DNA of 54,880 nt from Methylococcales bacterium (GTDB lineage Bacteria > Pseudomonadota > Gammaproteobacteria > JABHGC01): contig JABHGC010000234.1 of NCBI GenBank assembly GCA_018672285.1, positions 1 through 54,880 on the forward strand. Direction: 5' to 3'. Shown here piece after piece: positions 21,936 to 31,679 of this stretch (position 1 is its first letter; every line of letters begins with the position of its first letter). The notes below the pieces were generated by a model. The model had not been told where the DNA came from. It saw only the letters and a program-made list of their open reading frames with translations, and searched no databases. The translations under genes were made by a program, and so were the position numbers.

Positions 21936-22994
21936 ATGAGCAAACTACAGCATTTACAAGAAAAAATTTTAGACAATATTAGTAGTATTATTTTATTGTT
22001 TGATGCGAAATTAAATCTCCTCTATGCCAATTCTTCGGCTGAAGACTTATTCAGTACCAGTGTAAAAAAACTCACTGGGGCGAATGCTGTTGACTTACTC
22101 ACGTGCCCTAATGACGATGTTTCAATTGTCTTTGAAAGAGCCCTTTCAAATGACCAACCGTTTACTGAAAGAGAGTTGATATTAGAAACCCTCTATCGAA
22201 AGCATACAGTGACTTGCACCATCACACCCGTGAGTGAATCAAACCAAGTTCTGGTTGAGCTACAAAAAGTCGATCGGCAATTGCGTATCAGTAAAGAAGA
22301 GCACATCATTGAACAGAATAAAGCGACCCAGGAAATTGTGCGGGGTTTAGCGCATGAAATCAAAAACCCATTGGGTGGTATTCGAGGTTCTGCTCAACTA
22401 CTGGAAAGTGAATTGCCTTCGCCAGAGTTAAAAGAATACACAGAAGTGATCATTCAAGAGGCCGATCGGCTCTCTAAATTAGTGAACCAAATGTTGGGGC
22501 CAAACCAAATTCCTCAATCTCATGAGGTGAACATTCATCAAGTGCTAGATCGAGTTAGAAACATTGTCGTTGCAGAAGCTGCAGAAGGGATCAAGATCTT
22601 TGAGGATTATGATCCGAGCATCCCGTCTTTAATGGCTGATATTGATCAATTGATCCAAGTTTTTTTAAACATTGTCCATAATGCGGTTCAAGCATTAGGG
22701 TCTGCAGGAAAAATCATATTAAAAACACGTATTAAGCGTCAATTTACTATTGGTGGCACTCGCTATAAATTAGTTCTAAAAGTGGATGTGATTGATGATG
22801 GCCCAGGTATTAAGGCGGATATGTTAGAAAAAATATTTTATCCCATGGTGACAGGCAAAGCAGATGGCACAGGGCTAGGGCTATCTATTGCACAATCTTT
22901 AGTGAACCAATATCACGGTTTGATAGAGTGCAGCAGTCGTCCAGGGGAAACTGTTTTTAGTGTATTACTACCAATAGGAAATAATCATGGATGA
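21936..22994 (+). CDS. glnL: nitrogen regulation sensor kinase NtrB
   Basis: PAS domain, GLAHEIKNPLGGIRG, DYDPSIP, DDGPG, GTGLGL. Confidence 0.95.
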   Translation: MSKLQHLQEKILDNISSIILLFDAKLNLLYANSSAEDLFSTSVKKLTGANAVDLLTCPNDDVSIVFERALSNDQPFTERELILETLYRKHTVTCTITPVSESNQVLVELQKVDRQLRISKEEHIIEQNKATQEIVRGLAHEIKNPLGGIRGSAQLLESELPSPELKEYTEVIIQEADRLSKLVNQMLGPNQIPQSHEVNIHQVLDRVRNIVVAEAAEGIKIFEDYDPSIPSLMADIDQLIQVFLNIVHNAVQALGSAGKIILKTRIKRQFTIGGTRYKLVLKVDVIDDGPGIKADMLEKIFYPMVTGKADGTGLGLSIAQSLVNQYHGLIECSSRPGETVFSVLLPIGNNHG

Positions 22995-24384
22995 GCAAAT
23001 ATGGGTCATTGATGATGATCGATCAATACGTTGGGTGCTTGAAAAGGCACTTGAGAAAGCCGAGTTTCAGGTTAAAACCTTTGCTTCAGCAGAGGGCATT
23101 CTAGATCGGCTGACGAGAGAAACACCGAAAGTCATTGTCACAGATATTCGCATGCCAGGTATGGATGGGATTGATTTGCTGAAAGAGGTGCAGCAGTCTT
23201 ATCCACACATTCCGGTTATTGTGATTACCGCACACTCAGATTTAGACAGTGCTATTTCGGCATATCATAGTGGGGCTTTTGAGTACCTACCAAAACCATT
23301 TGATGTCGATGATGCAATAGAGTTAGTGACTCGCGCCTGTTTACAATCAAGTTCTAAAGAAGTGTCTGAGACGGAGACGTCATCTGTACAAGAAATTATT
23401 GGTGAAGCACCTGCGATGCAAGAGGTTTTTCGCGCAATAGGGCGGCTTTCTCGCTCACACATTTCGGTCATCATTAATGGTGAGTCTGGTACGGGAAAAG
23501 AGTTGGTTGCACATGCACTGCATCGACATAGCCTGAGGCGAGATGAGCCATTTATTGCCTTGAACATGGCTGCCATAGCTAAAGATTTATTAGAGTCGGA
23601 GTTATTCGGTCATGAACGCGGTGCGTTTACAGGAGCACAACAAAAAAGAGCAGGGCGATTTGAGCAAGCCAATGGTGGCACACTCTTTTTAGATGAAATT
23701 GGAGATATGCCTGCGGACTTGCAAACACGTTTACTCAGAGTTTTATCGAATGGAGAGTTTTATCGCGTGGGTGGGCATACCCCGATAAAAACGAACGTTC
23801 GAATCATTGCGGCGACACATCAAAATCTGGATGCACTGGTTAAGAAAGGGGACTTTAGGGAAGATTTATATCACCGATTAAATGTGATTCGGATCCATAT
23901 CCCAGCCTTAAGAGAGAGGCGTCAAGATATTCCTATATTGTTAAAACATTTTTTAGCGGTTTCTGCAAAAGAATTAGAAGTGGAGCCTAAGGTGTTGGTT
24001 GCAGAAGCAGAGGAATTTCTTTCGCAACTGGAATGGCCTGGGAATGTAAGGCAGCTCGAAAACACGTGTCGCTGGATTATGGTCATGGCATCTGGGCAAG
24101 CAGTGCATGTTGATGATTTACCATCAGAGCTATTTGTTAAAGCAGAAGGTGAATCTGAGAATATCAGCGGAGATTGGGCGTCCAATTTAAAGTGTGTGGT
24201 AGATGAGAAAATGCGTTCAGGTGAAATGGCGATTCTAGATGATATTACGCCACAATTTGAGCGTTTGATGATTTTGAGTGCACTGGGTTTTACAGGGGGT
24301 AAAAAACAAGAAGCGGCCAAGGTTCTAGGCTGGGGGCGGAATACATTAACCCGAAAAATTAAAGAACTAGCGATAGAGGCTTAA
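22987..24384 (+). CDS. glnG: nitrogen regulation response regulator NtrC
   Basis: [50 protein letters not shown]. Confidence 0.97.
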   Translation: MDEQIWVIDDDRSIRWVLEKALEKAEFQVKTFASAEGILDRLTRETPKVIVTDIRMPGMDGIDLLKEVQQSYPHIPVIVITAHSDLDSAISAYHSGAFEYLPKPFDVDDAIELVTRACLQSSSKEVSETETSSVQEIIGEAPAMQEVFRAIGRLSRSHISVIINGESGTGKELVAHALHRHSLRRDEPFIALNMAAIAKDLLESELFGHERGAFTGAQQKRAGRFEQANGGTLFLDEIGDMPADLQTRLLRVLSNGEFYRVGGHTPIKTNVRIIAATHQNLDALVKKGDFREDLYHRLNVIRIHIPALRERRQDIPILLKHFLAVSAKELEVEPKVLVAEAEEFLSQLEWPGNVRQLENTCRWIMVMASGQAVHVDDLPSELFVKAEGESENISGDWASNLKCVVDEKMRSGEMAILDDITPQFERLMILSALGFTGGKKQEAAKVLGWGRNTLTRKIKELAIEA

Positions 24385-24405
24385 CGCAAAACGGTTATGA
24401 CGAAA

Positions 24406-24449
24406 AGCGATAAACCCTTTACAAAACGGAGGTTTATTGCTATTTTTTT
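24406..24449 (+). terminator. terminator after ntrC
   Basis: AGCGATAAACC...GGTTTATTGCT followed by a T7 run. Confidence 0.55.
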
Positions 24450-24600
24450 AGGAGAAAATACTAATAAAAATAATAAAAAGTATCCAATATGAATCCCTTC
24501 AAGCAAAAAGTGCCCGTTTATTTTTTCGCTTTAATGGCGCTGGCGTTTAACACCGACGCCATACCTTACACCTCGAATGATTACTTAAAGGTGACAAAGC

Positions 24601-25536
24601 TTACGAGTTCAATACCAAACTCCCCGTCAAATCTGCAAGCGATGTGTTGTGTTGCTTTAGATAACCACGAATTGTCTCATTAATTTTGGGAACAACGAGG
24701 GGGTCGTAAAATAGTGCTGTCCCTACGCCAATCGCTGTAGCACCCGCAATAATAAACTCTAAGGCATCTTCACCAGTCAGGATGCCACCTTGCCCTATGA
24801 TCGGGATGTTGTGGTCTTTGCACACTTGGTAAACTTGATGCGTTTTTAATATGGCAATGGGTTTTATCGCAGGCCCAGATAGTCCACCTTGGTTATTACC
24901 AATGATTGGCTTACGTTGGTGAATATCTACCGCCATTCCCATTAACGTATTAATGACAGCAAAACCGTCTGTGCCCGCCTCAATACACCGTTTGGCATTT
25001 TCTGCAATATTGGTTTGGTTAGGAGATAGCTTGGTGATAATGGGTTTTTTGGTAACCGCCCGACAAGCTTCAACCACTCTTGCTGACATTTCAGGGTCAT
25101 TACCAAATGCGACCCCTCCCTCTTTTACGTTAGGGCAGGAAATATTGATTTCAATGGCATCAATATCCGACTGATCAAACTTTCGGGTAACCTCAATATA
25201 TTCCTCAACAGTAGAACCTGAGACATTGGCAATATAACGCGTTTCGGAGAAATCTAAAGTCGGCAGAATGCGGTTGACGACGTCATCAACACCAGGGTTT
25301 TGTAAACCAATGGCATTGATCATGCCACTGGGTGTTTCGGTTACCCGGTGAGCAGGGTTACCCAGCCGCGCACTCCCTGTTGTGCCTTTTAAGCAAACTG
25401 CCCCAATATCTTTATTACTAAAACCTTCAACACGGGTATATTCGTGACCAAAACCAACACAGCCAGAGAGTAATACAGCGGGCGTTTGAAAGTGCATACC
25501 ACAAAAATCTAGCGCAAGAGGGTCAGTCGGCGTCAT
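24601..25536 (-). CDS. pyrD: dihydroorotate dehydrogenase, family 1 (1B-type catalytic subunit)
   Basis: GNP..R..ETPSGMINAIGLQNPG, EINISCPN (Cys base), KLSPN, GGLSG.AIKP. Confidence 0.9.
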   Translation of the reverse strand: MTPTDPLALDFCGMHFQTPAVLLSGCVGFGHEYTRVEGFSNKDIGAVCLKGTTGSARLGNPAHRVTETPSGMINAIGLQNPGVDDVVNRILPTLDFSETRYIANVSGSTVEEYIEVTRKFDQSDIDAIEINISCPNVKEGGVAFGNDPEMSARVVEACRAVTKKPIITKLSPNQTNIAENAKRCIEAGTDGFAVINTLMGMAVDIHQRKPIIGNNQGGLSGPAIKPIAILKTHQVYQVCKDHNIPIIGQGGILTGEDALEFIIAGATAIGVGTALFYDPLVVPKINETIRGYLKQHNTSLADLTGSLVLNS

Positions 25537-25606
25537 GGTCAGTTACCTTGAGATGAGAGTGAAAAGCATGCTAACAAGATGGCTTGTTTGGCACAAGTAA
25601 GAGCCC

Positions 25607-26071
25607 TTAAGCACAGCCAGTAAAGCCAGTTTGGCGCCACGCTTCATAACTTATAATGGCAACTGCATTGGAGAGGTTAAGGCTACGACTGTCAGGTTGC
25701 ATAGGGATTTTTAATCGGTTTTCAAGTGCGATACTGTCCATAACCTCGGTTGGCAAGCCTGCCGTTTCAGAGCCGAACAACAAAACATCGGTTGCTTGAT
25801 AGTTGATCTGGTCGTGATGGCGTGACCCTTTTGTGGTGCAGGCTAAAATCCTGCGTCCTTGCATCGCTTCAATAAAAATATCATAGCCTGAATGCACCGT
25901 GACGCGCGCCATGTCTTGGTAGTCTAAACCTGCACGTCGGCACTTCTTTTCATCTAAATCGAAGCCAAGAGGCTCGATCAAGTGTAAGTCACAGCCATTG
26001 TTGGCCACCAAGCGAATAATATTACCAGTGTTTTGAGGAATTTGAGGCGTAAATAAGGCAACGTGAAACAT
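25607..26071 (-). CDS. trmL: tRNA (cytidine/uridine-34 2'-O)-methyltransferase
   Basis: [39 protein letters not shown]. Confidence 0.94.
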   Translation of the reverse strand: MFHVALFTPQIPQNTGNIIRLVANNGCDLHLIEPLGFDLDEKKCRRAGLDYQDMARVTVHSGYDIFIEAMQGRRILACTTKGSRHHDQINYQATDVLLFGSETAGLPTEVMDSIALENRLKIPMQPDSRSLNLSNAVAIISYEAWRQTGFTGCA

Positions 26072-26137
26072 AGTGGGCTTGGCCTCAATGGCTAAAAAAG
26101 AACTTTTTTAACACAGTGTTTCAATCTTGTTAAGTGC

Positions 26138-27175
26138 TTAGTGATTTGAAGGGAACACCGAATTCATTGATGGCACAGTATTTAATGGGTTTAGATATTG
26201 AATGCGCTGAAACATTAATGTATTGCCAGCGGCGTCCCTAATCATAAATAAATCGCCATTTTTGACATACTGATAGCGTTTTGTCTCACCTGTTGTTGGG
26301 CTGTAGCTGGTGATGATATTACCTTGAACAACCATTGTGCCAGCGCTCACTAGTTGGTTATTTTTTTGAATTTGATAGGTGTTACCTTTGATGACAATGG
26401 ATTCGCCACTGTTGCTTTTCCAAGCACCCTCTAAATCTGGTGTGTTTGGCGCACTGTAACTTGATTGTGAATACTTGGGGTTTAACAGCGCGTTTTGCAT
26501 TGTCTGGTTAGCGGGATTTTGATTGGTGATGAATTGCGAATAATTTTCTTTCCGCTGTGCTCTAAAACCATTTTGATCATAATAAGGTTGGCTTGAGTTG
26601 CCATACAGTTGTTGTTGAGGCTGTATATAGGTTTGAGTAGAGGGGTTATAGGGTTGAGCACCATAAATATGAGTGGGTTGTTGCATCATTTGTGTTGGAA
26701 ACTGGTTTATCAACGTATTGGGCTGCTGCAATACGTTGGTTCCAGGGATAAATGATTGAGGGTTCGTAAAACTGGTGAGTGGGTTCGATGCGCCAGGCAG
26801 CATGCTCGACATCGGGTTGTAGTTAGTCATGCTCGGAATGGTCGACATACCAGGGATAGTCGACATACCAGGAATAGTGCCCATTCCTGGCATCATACCC
26901 ATGCCAGGGACAGGTGAAAGCCCTGGCACTGAAGACATGGGGTTCATGTATTGATAAGGGTTAGTCATTTGTCCCATGCCGCTTGATAGGCTGGAGCCAA
27001 ATTGCATATTATTTTGACCATTGTTTTGGTTCTGACCCTGGCCCACCATGGTGTTGAACATATCCAGCATCGTTTTCATCATTTGAGAAGCTGGGTTATT
27101 TTGCATAGGCAGGTCAAATGCCCATGATGGCGTGGTGAACAGTGCTGTGACTATGATCAGTGTGTATTTAGTCAT
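26138..27175 (-). CDS. secreted Met/Gln/Asn/Pro-rich low-complexity protein with a C-terminal beta domain
   Basis: Signal peptide (SWA), PGM(S/G)TI hexapeptide repeats, and LEGAWKS... at the start of a small beta domain. Confidence 0.7.
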   Translation of the reverse strand: MTKYTLIIVTALFTTPSWAFDLPMQNNPASQMMKTMLDMFNTMVGQGQNQNNGQNNMQFGSSLSSGMGQMTNPYQYMNPMSSVPGLSPVPGMGMMPGMGTIPGMSTIPGMSTIPSMTNYNPMSSMLPGASNPLTSFTNPQSFIPGTNVLQQPNTLINQFPTQMMQQPTHIYGAQPYNPSTQTYIQPQQQLYGNSSQPYYDQNGFRAQRKENYSQFITNQNPANQTMQNALLNPKYSQSSYSAPNTPDLEGAWKSNSGESIVIKGNTYQIQKNNQLVSAGTMVVQGNIITSYSPTTGETKRYQYVKNGDLFMIRDAAGNTLMFQRIQYLNPLNTVPSMNSVFPSNH

Positions 27176-27240
27176 AGGTAACCCCTAGTGTTGCTTTTTT
27201 TATGAGCGCTTTGGTTAAAGGCGTTCTTTATATAAAGGTG

Positions 27241-27267
27241 TTATCGGTCAATCATTGCCTTTCTTTA
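27241..27267 (-). promoter_or_regulatory. sigma28 (FliA) promoter
   Basis: The minus strand reads TAAA-N15-ACCGATAA (consensus TAAA-N15-GCCGATAA), about 65 nt upstream of the 27175 start. Confidence 0.6.
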
Positions 27268-27573
27268 GATATTAGACCATTAGAATGAACAAATTCAGTT
27301 CATCATCAGAAAAAATCGGTTCAGCATTCCATCATGGCGTCTATTGTATTATTACCTAATGTTATTAACCATATAGAAACGAGACTAGGAAACACCCCTA
27401 ATTGTACATCGGTGAATACCCAAAAAGATCAATTCTTCAGTATTATTTGAAGCCATAATATTTGAAGGTGTTATATGAAATAGTGCAAATAAGTGCTTGC
27501 ATCTGAAAGGTATTTTTTGTTTATATAGAGTGGTAAATGTTAGATCCATTACCGCCAATAATAAGGATGGAAT

Positions 27574-28035
27574 ATGAATACCAGTAACAATAATTTAGCT
27601 CAGGAGGAAGCATCTGAGCGGCGGGGAATCACACAAGATCTAATAAGGAAGTTGATACAAGAGCGACAGGAAATGCTTGTGAATTTTTGTAGTGTAGCGG
27701 GATTAGATCCGTATTCTCCAGAAAAACCAACTAAAGACTCACTGAAAGATTTTTGTGAAGTCATGGTTGATTATTTAGCCCTTGGCCACTTTGAAGTGTA
27801 CCCAAGAATTTCAGAAGGGCGAGAGCGTCGTCAACAAGTCTCAGAGCTTGCTGATAAAATATACCCGCGTATTGCAAAAGCGAGCGGTATTGCGATTGAG
27901 TTCAATGATAAATATGATACAAAAGAAGATGTTAGCTGGGATAGTTTATCTCAAGATTTATCTAATTTAGGTGAAACTCTTGCAGCAAGAGTGGATTTAG
28001 AAGATCAATTAATACATTCCATGCTTTATCGATAA
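27574..28035 (+). CDS. rsd: Rsd/AlgQ family anti-sigma70 regulator
   Basis: ERQEMLV, FCEVMVDYLALGHFEVY, FNDKYD, LGETLAARVDLEDQLI. Confidence 0.9.
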   Translation: MNTSNNNLAQEEASERRGITQDLIRKLIQERQEMLVNFCSVAGLDPYSPEKPTKDSLKDFCEVMVDYLALGHFEVYPRISEGRERRQQVSELADKIYPRIAKASGIAIEFNDKYDTKEDVSWDSLSQDLSNLGETLAARVDLEDQLIHSMLYR

Positions 28036-28054
28036 TTAAGCTTTAGCCTAGAGT

Positions 28055-28077
28055 GCTGTTCCGGGTTCTGGAACAGC
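28055..28077 (+). terminator. hairpin after rsd
   Basis: GCTGTTCCGG-GTT-CTGGAACAGC; no immediate U tract. Confidence 0.4.
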
Positions 28078-28377
28078 TGGCAGTTATTGCCGTTATTTCC
28101 CACTTTTTTTGTTCACTATAAAGTCCTCTTTTTTAACCTCTTTGACGCTTCAGTCATTAAAATTTTTTATTGCAATTGCCGTATTTTATATTTGAAGAGA
28201 TTAATATGCTTATATTTCATGGCTTAGTGAGATATTGCGGTAAATTAAATAAAGGATTGACCCTTCGGGTATTTTTTGTGGTATAAATATTACCTATGAG
28301 GTCAGATACCCATTTATGATAAAAAATAACAATGGCTATCGACAAAAAACTAAAAGTATTACAAAATAGAATATTGC

Positions 28378-28400
28378 CAATATCAAGATTTCTTGATACT
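28378..28400. promoter_or_regulatory. palindromic operator upstream of the XRE gene
   Basis: CAATATCAA-GATTTC-TTGATACT; same core as the site at 16662-16689. Confidence 0.5.
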
Positions 28401-28490
28401 CCAGTTTTGTAGCATGGAAAATCTGCCTAAATGGATATGGGTTGATCGCTACACTTAATCTGCATAATAGTAACCAAGGATACGTTAACT

Positions 28491-28703
28491 ATGTCAGTAC
28501 GAATGACGCCGATACGGAAGTTTCGATTGGACTGTGGTTGGACCCAGGAAGAATTCGCAAAGCAGTTGGATATAAAACAGCCAGCTGTTTCAAACTATGA
28601 AAAGGGCACTCGTTTTCCGAAAAGACAAGTGGCTAAAAAAATCATTCACATGGCTGAAACCTATGGTTATAAGCTCACTATGGATGATTTATACGACGCA
28701 TAA
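28491..28703 (+). CDS. XRE/Cro-family helix-turn-helix regulator
   Basis: IRKFR...GWTQEEFAKQLDIKQPAVSNYEKG.RFP; AAGGA RBS. Confidence 0.88.
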   Translation: MSVRMTPIRKFRLDCGWTQEEFAKQLDIKQPAVSNYEKGTRFPKRQVAKKIIHMAETYGYKLTMDDLYDA

Positions 28704-28849
28704 AGCGAGCAACATTGCGTGTGGTGTTCATCCACACGCTCAACTCCATTCTGATTTTCTCTAATATACATCTTTTTAACACCGATTCATTATGTTAGTA
28801 TTTTGCTTTATGGTATAGAAAATATTTATATGGAGATAAGGTTATTTGT

Positions 28850-29227
28850 ATGGATAAGGAACCAATATCAGCCTCACAGGCGCAAAAGGAACTTAAAAAA
28901 GCGAGCGGTGTACTACAAAAAATTTGTGAAAAAGAACAAAGTTTGTTTCAAAAATTTGCTAAACAACTTGATTATACGGTGGCAAACTCAACGTCGAAAA
29001 CAAAACTATATAAAATTAGAGATACCTTAAGGTCAGTTAGAGAGCAGAAAACAGATGCGAAATTACTATTAAAAGCAGCTAAAAAACTTCTTCGTGCGGC
29101 AAAAGAAAGTGAAAAGCGCCAAGTTGTGGATAAGAAATTTGCATTGATACGAGAAAAAGAACGAGAAAAGGCATTAAAGCAGTTCATGTCATCGTGGGAC
29201 AAAGCCTATGATCAGAAGCCAAGATAA
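28850..29227 (+). CDS. hypothetical Lys/Arg-rich helical protein
   Basis: 125-aa ATG ORF with a TAAGG RBS; basic and coiled-coil-like. Confidence 0.6.
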   Translation: MDKEPISASQAQKELKKASGVLQKICEKEQSLFQKFAKQLDYTVANSTSKTKLYKIRDTLRSVREQKTDAKLLLKAAKKLLRAAKESEKRQVVDKKFALIREKEREKALKQFMSSWDKAYDQKPR

Positions 29228-29241
29228 ACTAAGTTTAGGGT

Positions 29242-29463
29242 ATGAAAGAATGCAGAATACATTTATCCATACCTCGTAAAGAATGCCTACGGTACTACCA
29301 AGGCCAAGTGACTAAAATCTCAGCCCGTACGGTTGGTGGGCAAGTGATTCAATTCCCCGCCAATATTATTAAGCAATTTGTGACAACAGAAGGTCTATAT
29401 GGTGAATTTAGAATCGTTTATGGTGATGACCATAAACTGGTCCGTATAGACCGCGTAAGATAG
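29242..29463 (+). CDS. DUF2835 family protein
   Basis: L.I......YYQG.......G..IQFPA....FVT..G..G.F pattern. Confidence 0.75.
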   Translation: MKECRIHLSIPRKECLRYYQGQVTKISARTVGGQVIQFPANIIKQFVTTEGLYGEFRIVYGDDHKLVRIDRVR

Positions 29464-29464
29464 C

Positions 29465-29848
29465 TTAAGAATCGTCAGAGGCACTTGGCGCAACAGGGTC
29501 ATTTTCAGCACTAATAATTTTTGGCTTATTGGCTTCAATTTCTTCTTGTATGCGGGCTTCATCTTGCTCGGTTCTATGAGGGCCTGCACGGAACTCTCTC
29601 ACTTTTTCTATGCCTACTTCTACCGCAGCATCAATCTTGCGAGTCATTGTCTCTAATTCTTCTTGGGTAAGATAAAACCCTGCGTCTACGATATGGCGGA
29701 CATAGTGAGGTGGTAACTGATTCAGTGCAATACATGCAGCATCATTATAGAAATCTTCATTGTCATATTCGGAGTTTGCTAAAATTTGATCAATACGATC
29801 AAAGACTAAGTTTTCATAGTAGTTATTAATGGAATCAAATTTGGCCAT
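29465..29848 (-). CDS. ComFB family protein
   Basis: NYYENLVF, DAACIALNQLPPHYVRH. Confidence 0.85.
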   Translation of the reverse strand: MAKFDSINNYYENLVFDRIDQILANSEYDNEDFYNDAACIALNQLPPHYVRHIVDAGFYLTQEELETMTRKIDAAVEVGIEKVREFRAGPHRTEQDEARIQEEIEANKPKIISAENDPVAPSASDDS

Positions 29849-29923
29849 GAGTGTGTCCTATTATTATCTTTTTACTCAGTAGGGTGCAATTAGAAGTATG
29901 TAACAAAATAACCGGAATTGCTA

Positions 29924-31435
29924 TCAGCTGTTGAGTTTTGTGAATGCATCAAGATATTGTGCTTCTAACTCAGAGTACTCTGTCTGTAAGCGCATAATTT
30001 CTTTGTCTTTTTCTGATATTTTTGCTTTCAGGTTAGCATCATCTGTAGAGGGTGCCGCGCTGCTTGCTTTGCTATTACGCTGTTTTTTCAGTTTGATTTT
30101 CAGGCGTTTTACCTGTTTTGTCATTAGATCATTTTCATCTTCTAGCGTGGCCATACAACCCATTAACTCTTGGCTCTCTTTGGCAAAATTTTGAATCATC
30201 TGTTGTGCATTATTACCAGCTTCTGCCGCACTGGTGAGGGATGCGTTTTCAGCCTGAAGTGCAAGGATTGTTTCAGTTTGTGTACTGCTTTCATTTTGAA
30301 CCATGGTCATTGTGTCAACCAATTGATTGGTTTCAGCTTGTTGGGTGTTTAACTTTTCTTCTAGCTCATAGACCTGCTGCATTGCATCGCTATAATCATT
30401 TTCTAGCATTTGTACACACATATCCGATTCAGCCAGTGATTTTTCCATTTTGGCGATTTGTTGTTCAATTTCAGCTGTCTTGTTGTTAATTTCATCACTA
30501 GATGCGTTTTGCATACCCTGTAATTCACCACGTAATCGAGTGATGATGTTGTGCTGGTCTGAATTGGTTTCTTTGAGCTGGTTAAGTTCTTTGGTGTCCT
30601 TAACATGCATGACCTGGGTAACACCCTCCCCAGCTGCTTGAGTGACTTGAATCACCGGTGGTGTATTGCTCGCAGCGGCACTCATTTCTTGGTAGGAATT
30701 TTGATATTGGTTAAGCAGGCCTAACATGTCGCCATCGTCATTGGCTTCAGCAATAGATGTTGCTTGATTGTGAATTTCTTGACCTTGTTCGGTTAATTCT
30801 TTGACCTTAATTTGTAAATCAAAAAACATTTTCTTGAACATCTCAAGGTTTGAAACCCGTTTTTTTAAATTCTCATTTTCGGCTTCCAGTCGAGCTAACT
30901 CTTCACTGTTGTCAACAGGTGCAACCGTATCTTCGTCATCATCTTCTTCATCAGGCTCGTATGCTTTGATGATTCTTCTTAAGCGATTTTTCAGCTGTTG
31001 CCAAAATTCAGGGGTGGTTTGGTCGTATTGTGTAAGTGTTTTTTCAGCGAATAAAAAATTATGCCTTAGTGCGATAATTTGTTGATCCACACTTTCGTCT
31101 TTATCCAGCGTGATTTTGTCGGTGTTGAAGCACAGCTGGTGATAATCTTTGGTGTAGAGTAGGGCGTCTTCTAAGTATTGTTGGTAGTTTTGTTCGTGCT
31201 GCTCAGTTTCTGCATTGACTAGGGCGGTATCGGCCTCTGAGAACTCATCCGCCTCAAGTTCTATGGCTTCTGGGTCATTGTCTAACTCACTCAAACGCGC
31301 CATGAGCTTTTCGACTAAGACTTTTTTTGCGCGGTTTAGCACAAACAATAATGCCACTGCGACAAGCGCGGCAACAAGTGCCTCGACAAGGAACATAAGC
31401 AGTAGAACTGAAATTTCAAGGGTTTCGTTAAACAT
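29924..31435 (-). CDS. membrane-anchored acidic long coiled-coil protein
   Basis: One N-terminal TM helix followed by an extended heptad-rich E/Q sequence. Confidence 0.75.
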   Translation of the reverse strand: MFNETLEISVLLLMFLVEALVAALVAVALLFVLNRAKKVLVEKLMARLSELDNDPEAIELEADEFSEADTALVNAETEQHEQNYQQYLEDALLYTKDYHQLCFNTDKITLDKDESVDQQIIALRHNFLFAEKTLTQYDQTTPEFWQQLKNRLRRIIKAYEPDEEDDDEDTVAPVDNSEELARLEAENENLKKRVSNLEMFKKMFFDLQIKVKELTEQGQEIHNQATSIAEANDDGDMLGLLNQYQNSYQEMSAAASNTPPVIQVTQAAGEGVTQVMHVKDTKELNQLKETNSDQHNIITRLRGELQGMQNASSDEINNKTAEIEQQIAKMEKSLAESDMCVQMLENDYSDAMQQVYELEEKLNTQQAETNQLVDTMTMVQNESSTQTETILALQAENASLTSAAEAGNNAQQMIQNFAKESQELMGCMATLEDENDLMTKQVKRLKIKLKKQRNSKASSAAPSTDDANLKAKISEKDKEIMRLQTEYSELEAQYLDAFTKLNS

Positions 31436-31591
31436 TGTTTGTGAACATATTGTTTTTCCTCATTTAATTATAGGAAACAATCACAAAAATAATGTGTAAA
31501 AGGGTGAATTTTTATGAGTTAAACGCCATTTTATTTCATGCTGTTATATATTTTCTAGATAAATCAATTGTATAGCTTGTTTAAGAACATA

Positions 31592-31630
31592 ATGACAGTT
31601 TGATGACAAAATCATGAATTTATGTGACCT
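31592..31630 (-). promoter_or_regulatory. Pho box array (PhoB site) on the minus strand
   Basis: The minus strand reads TTGTCAT-CAAA-CTGTCAT (31592-31609, 11-bp period), with weaker half-sites at 31614 and 31624. Confidence 0.65.
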
Positions 31631-31679
31631 AGGCTTTCAATCTGTTATCCTTGTCGCGCGTCGAATTTAAGGAACGACT

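Noticed and set aside
23199-29133. Isolated perfect DnaA boxes at 23199 and 29125
   Set aside because: They are single sites inside coding sequence with no cluster or unwinding element.
28491-29463. Prophage remnant or toxin-antitoxin module around the XRE gene
   Set aside because: No integrase, phage genes or recognisable toxin motifs are present.
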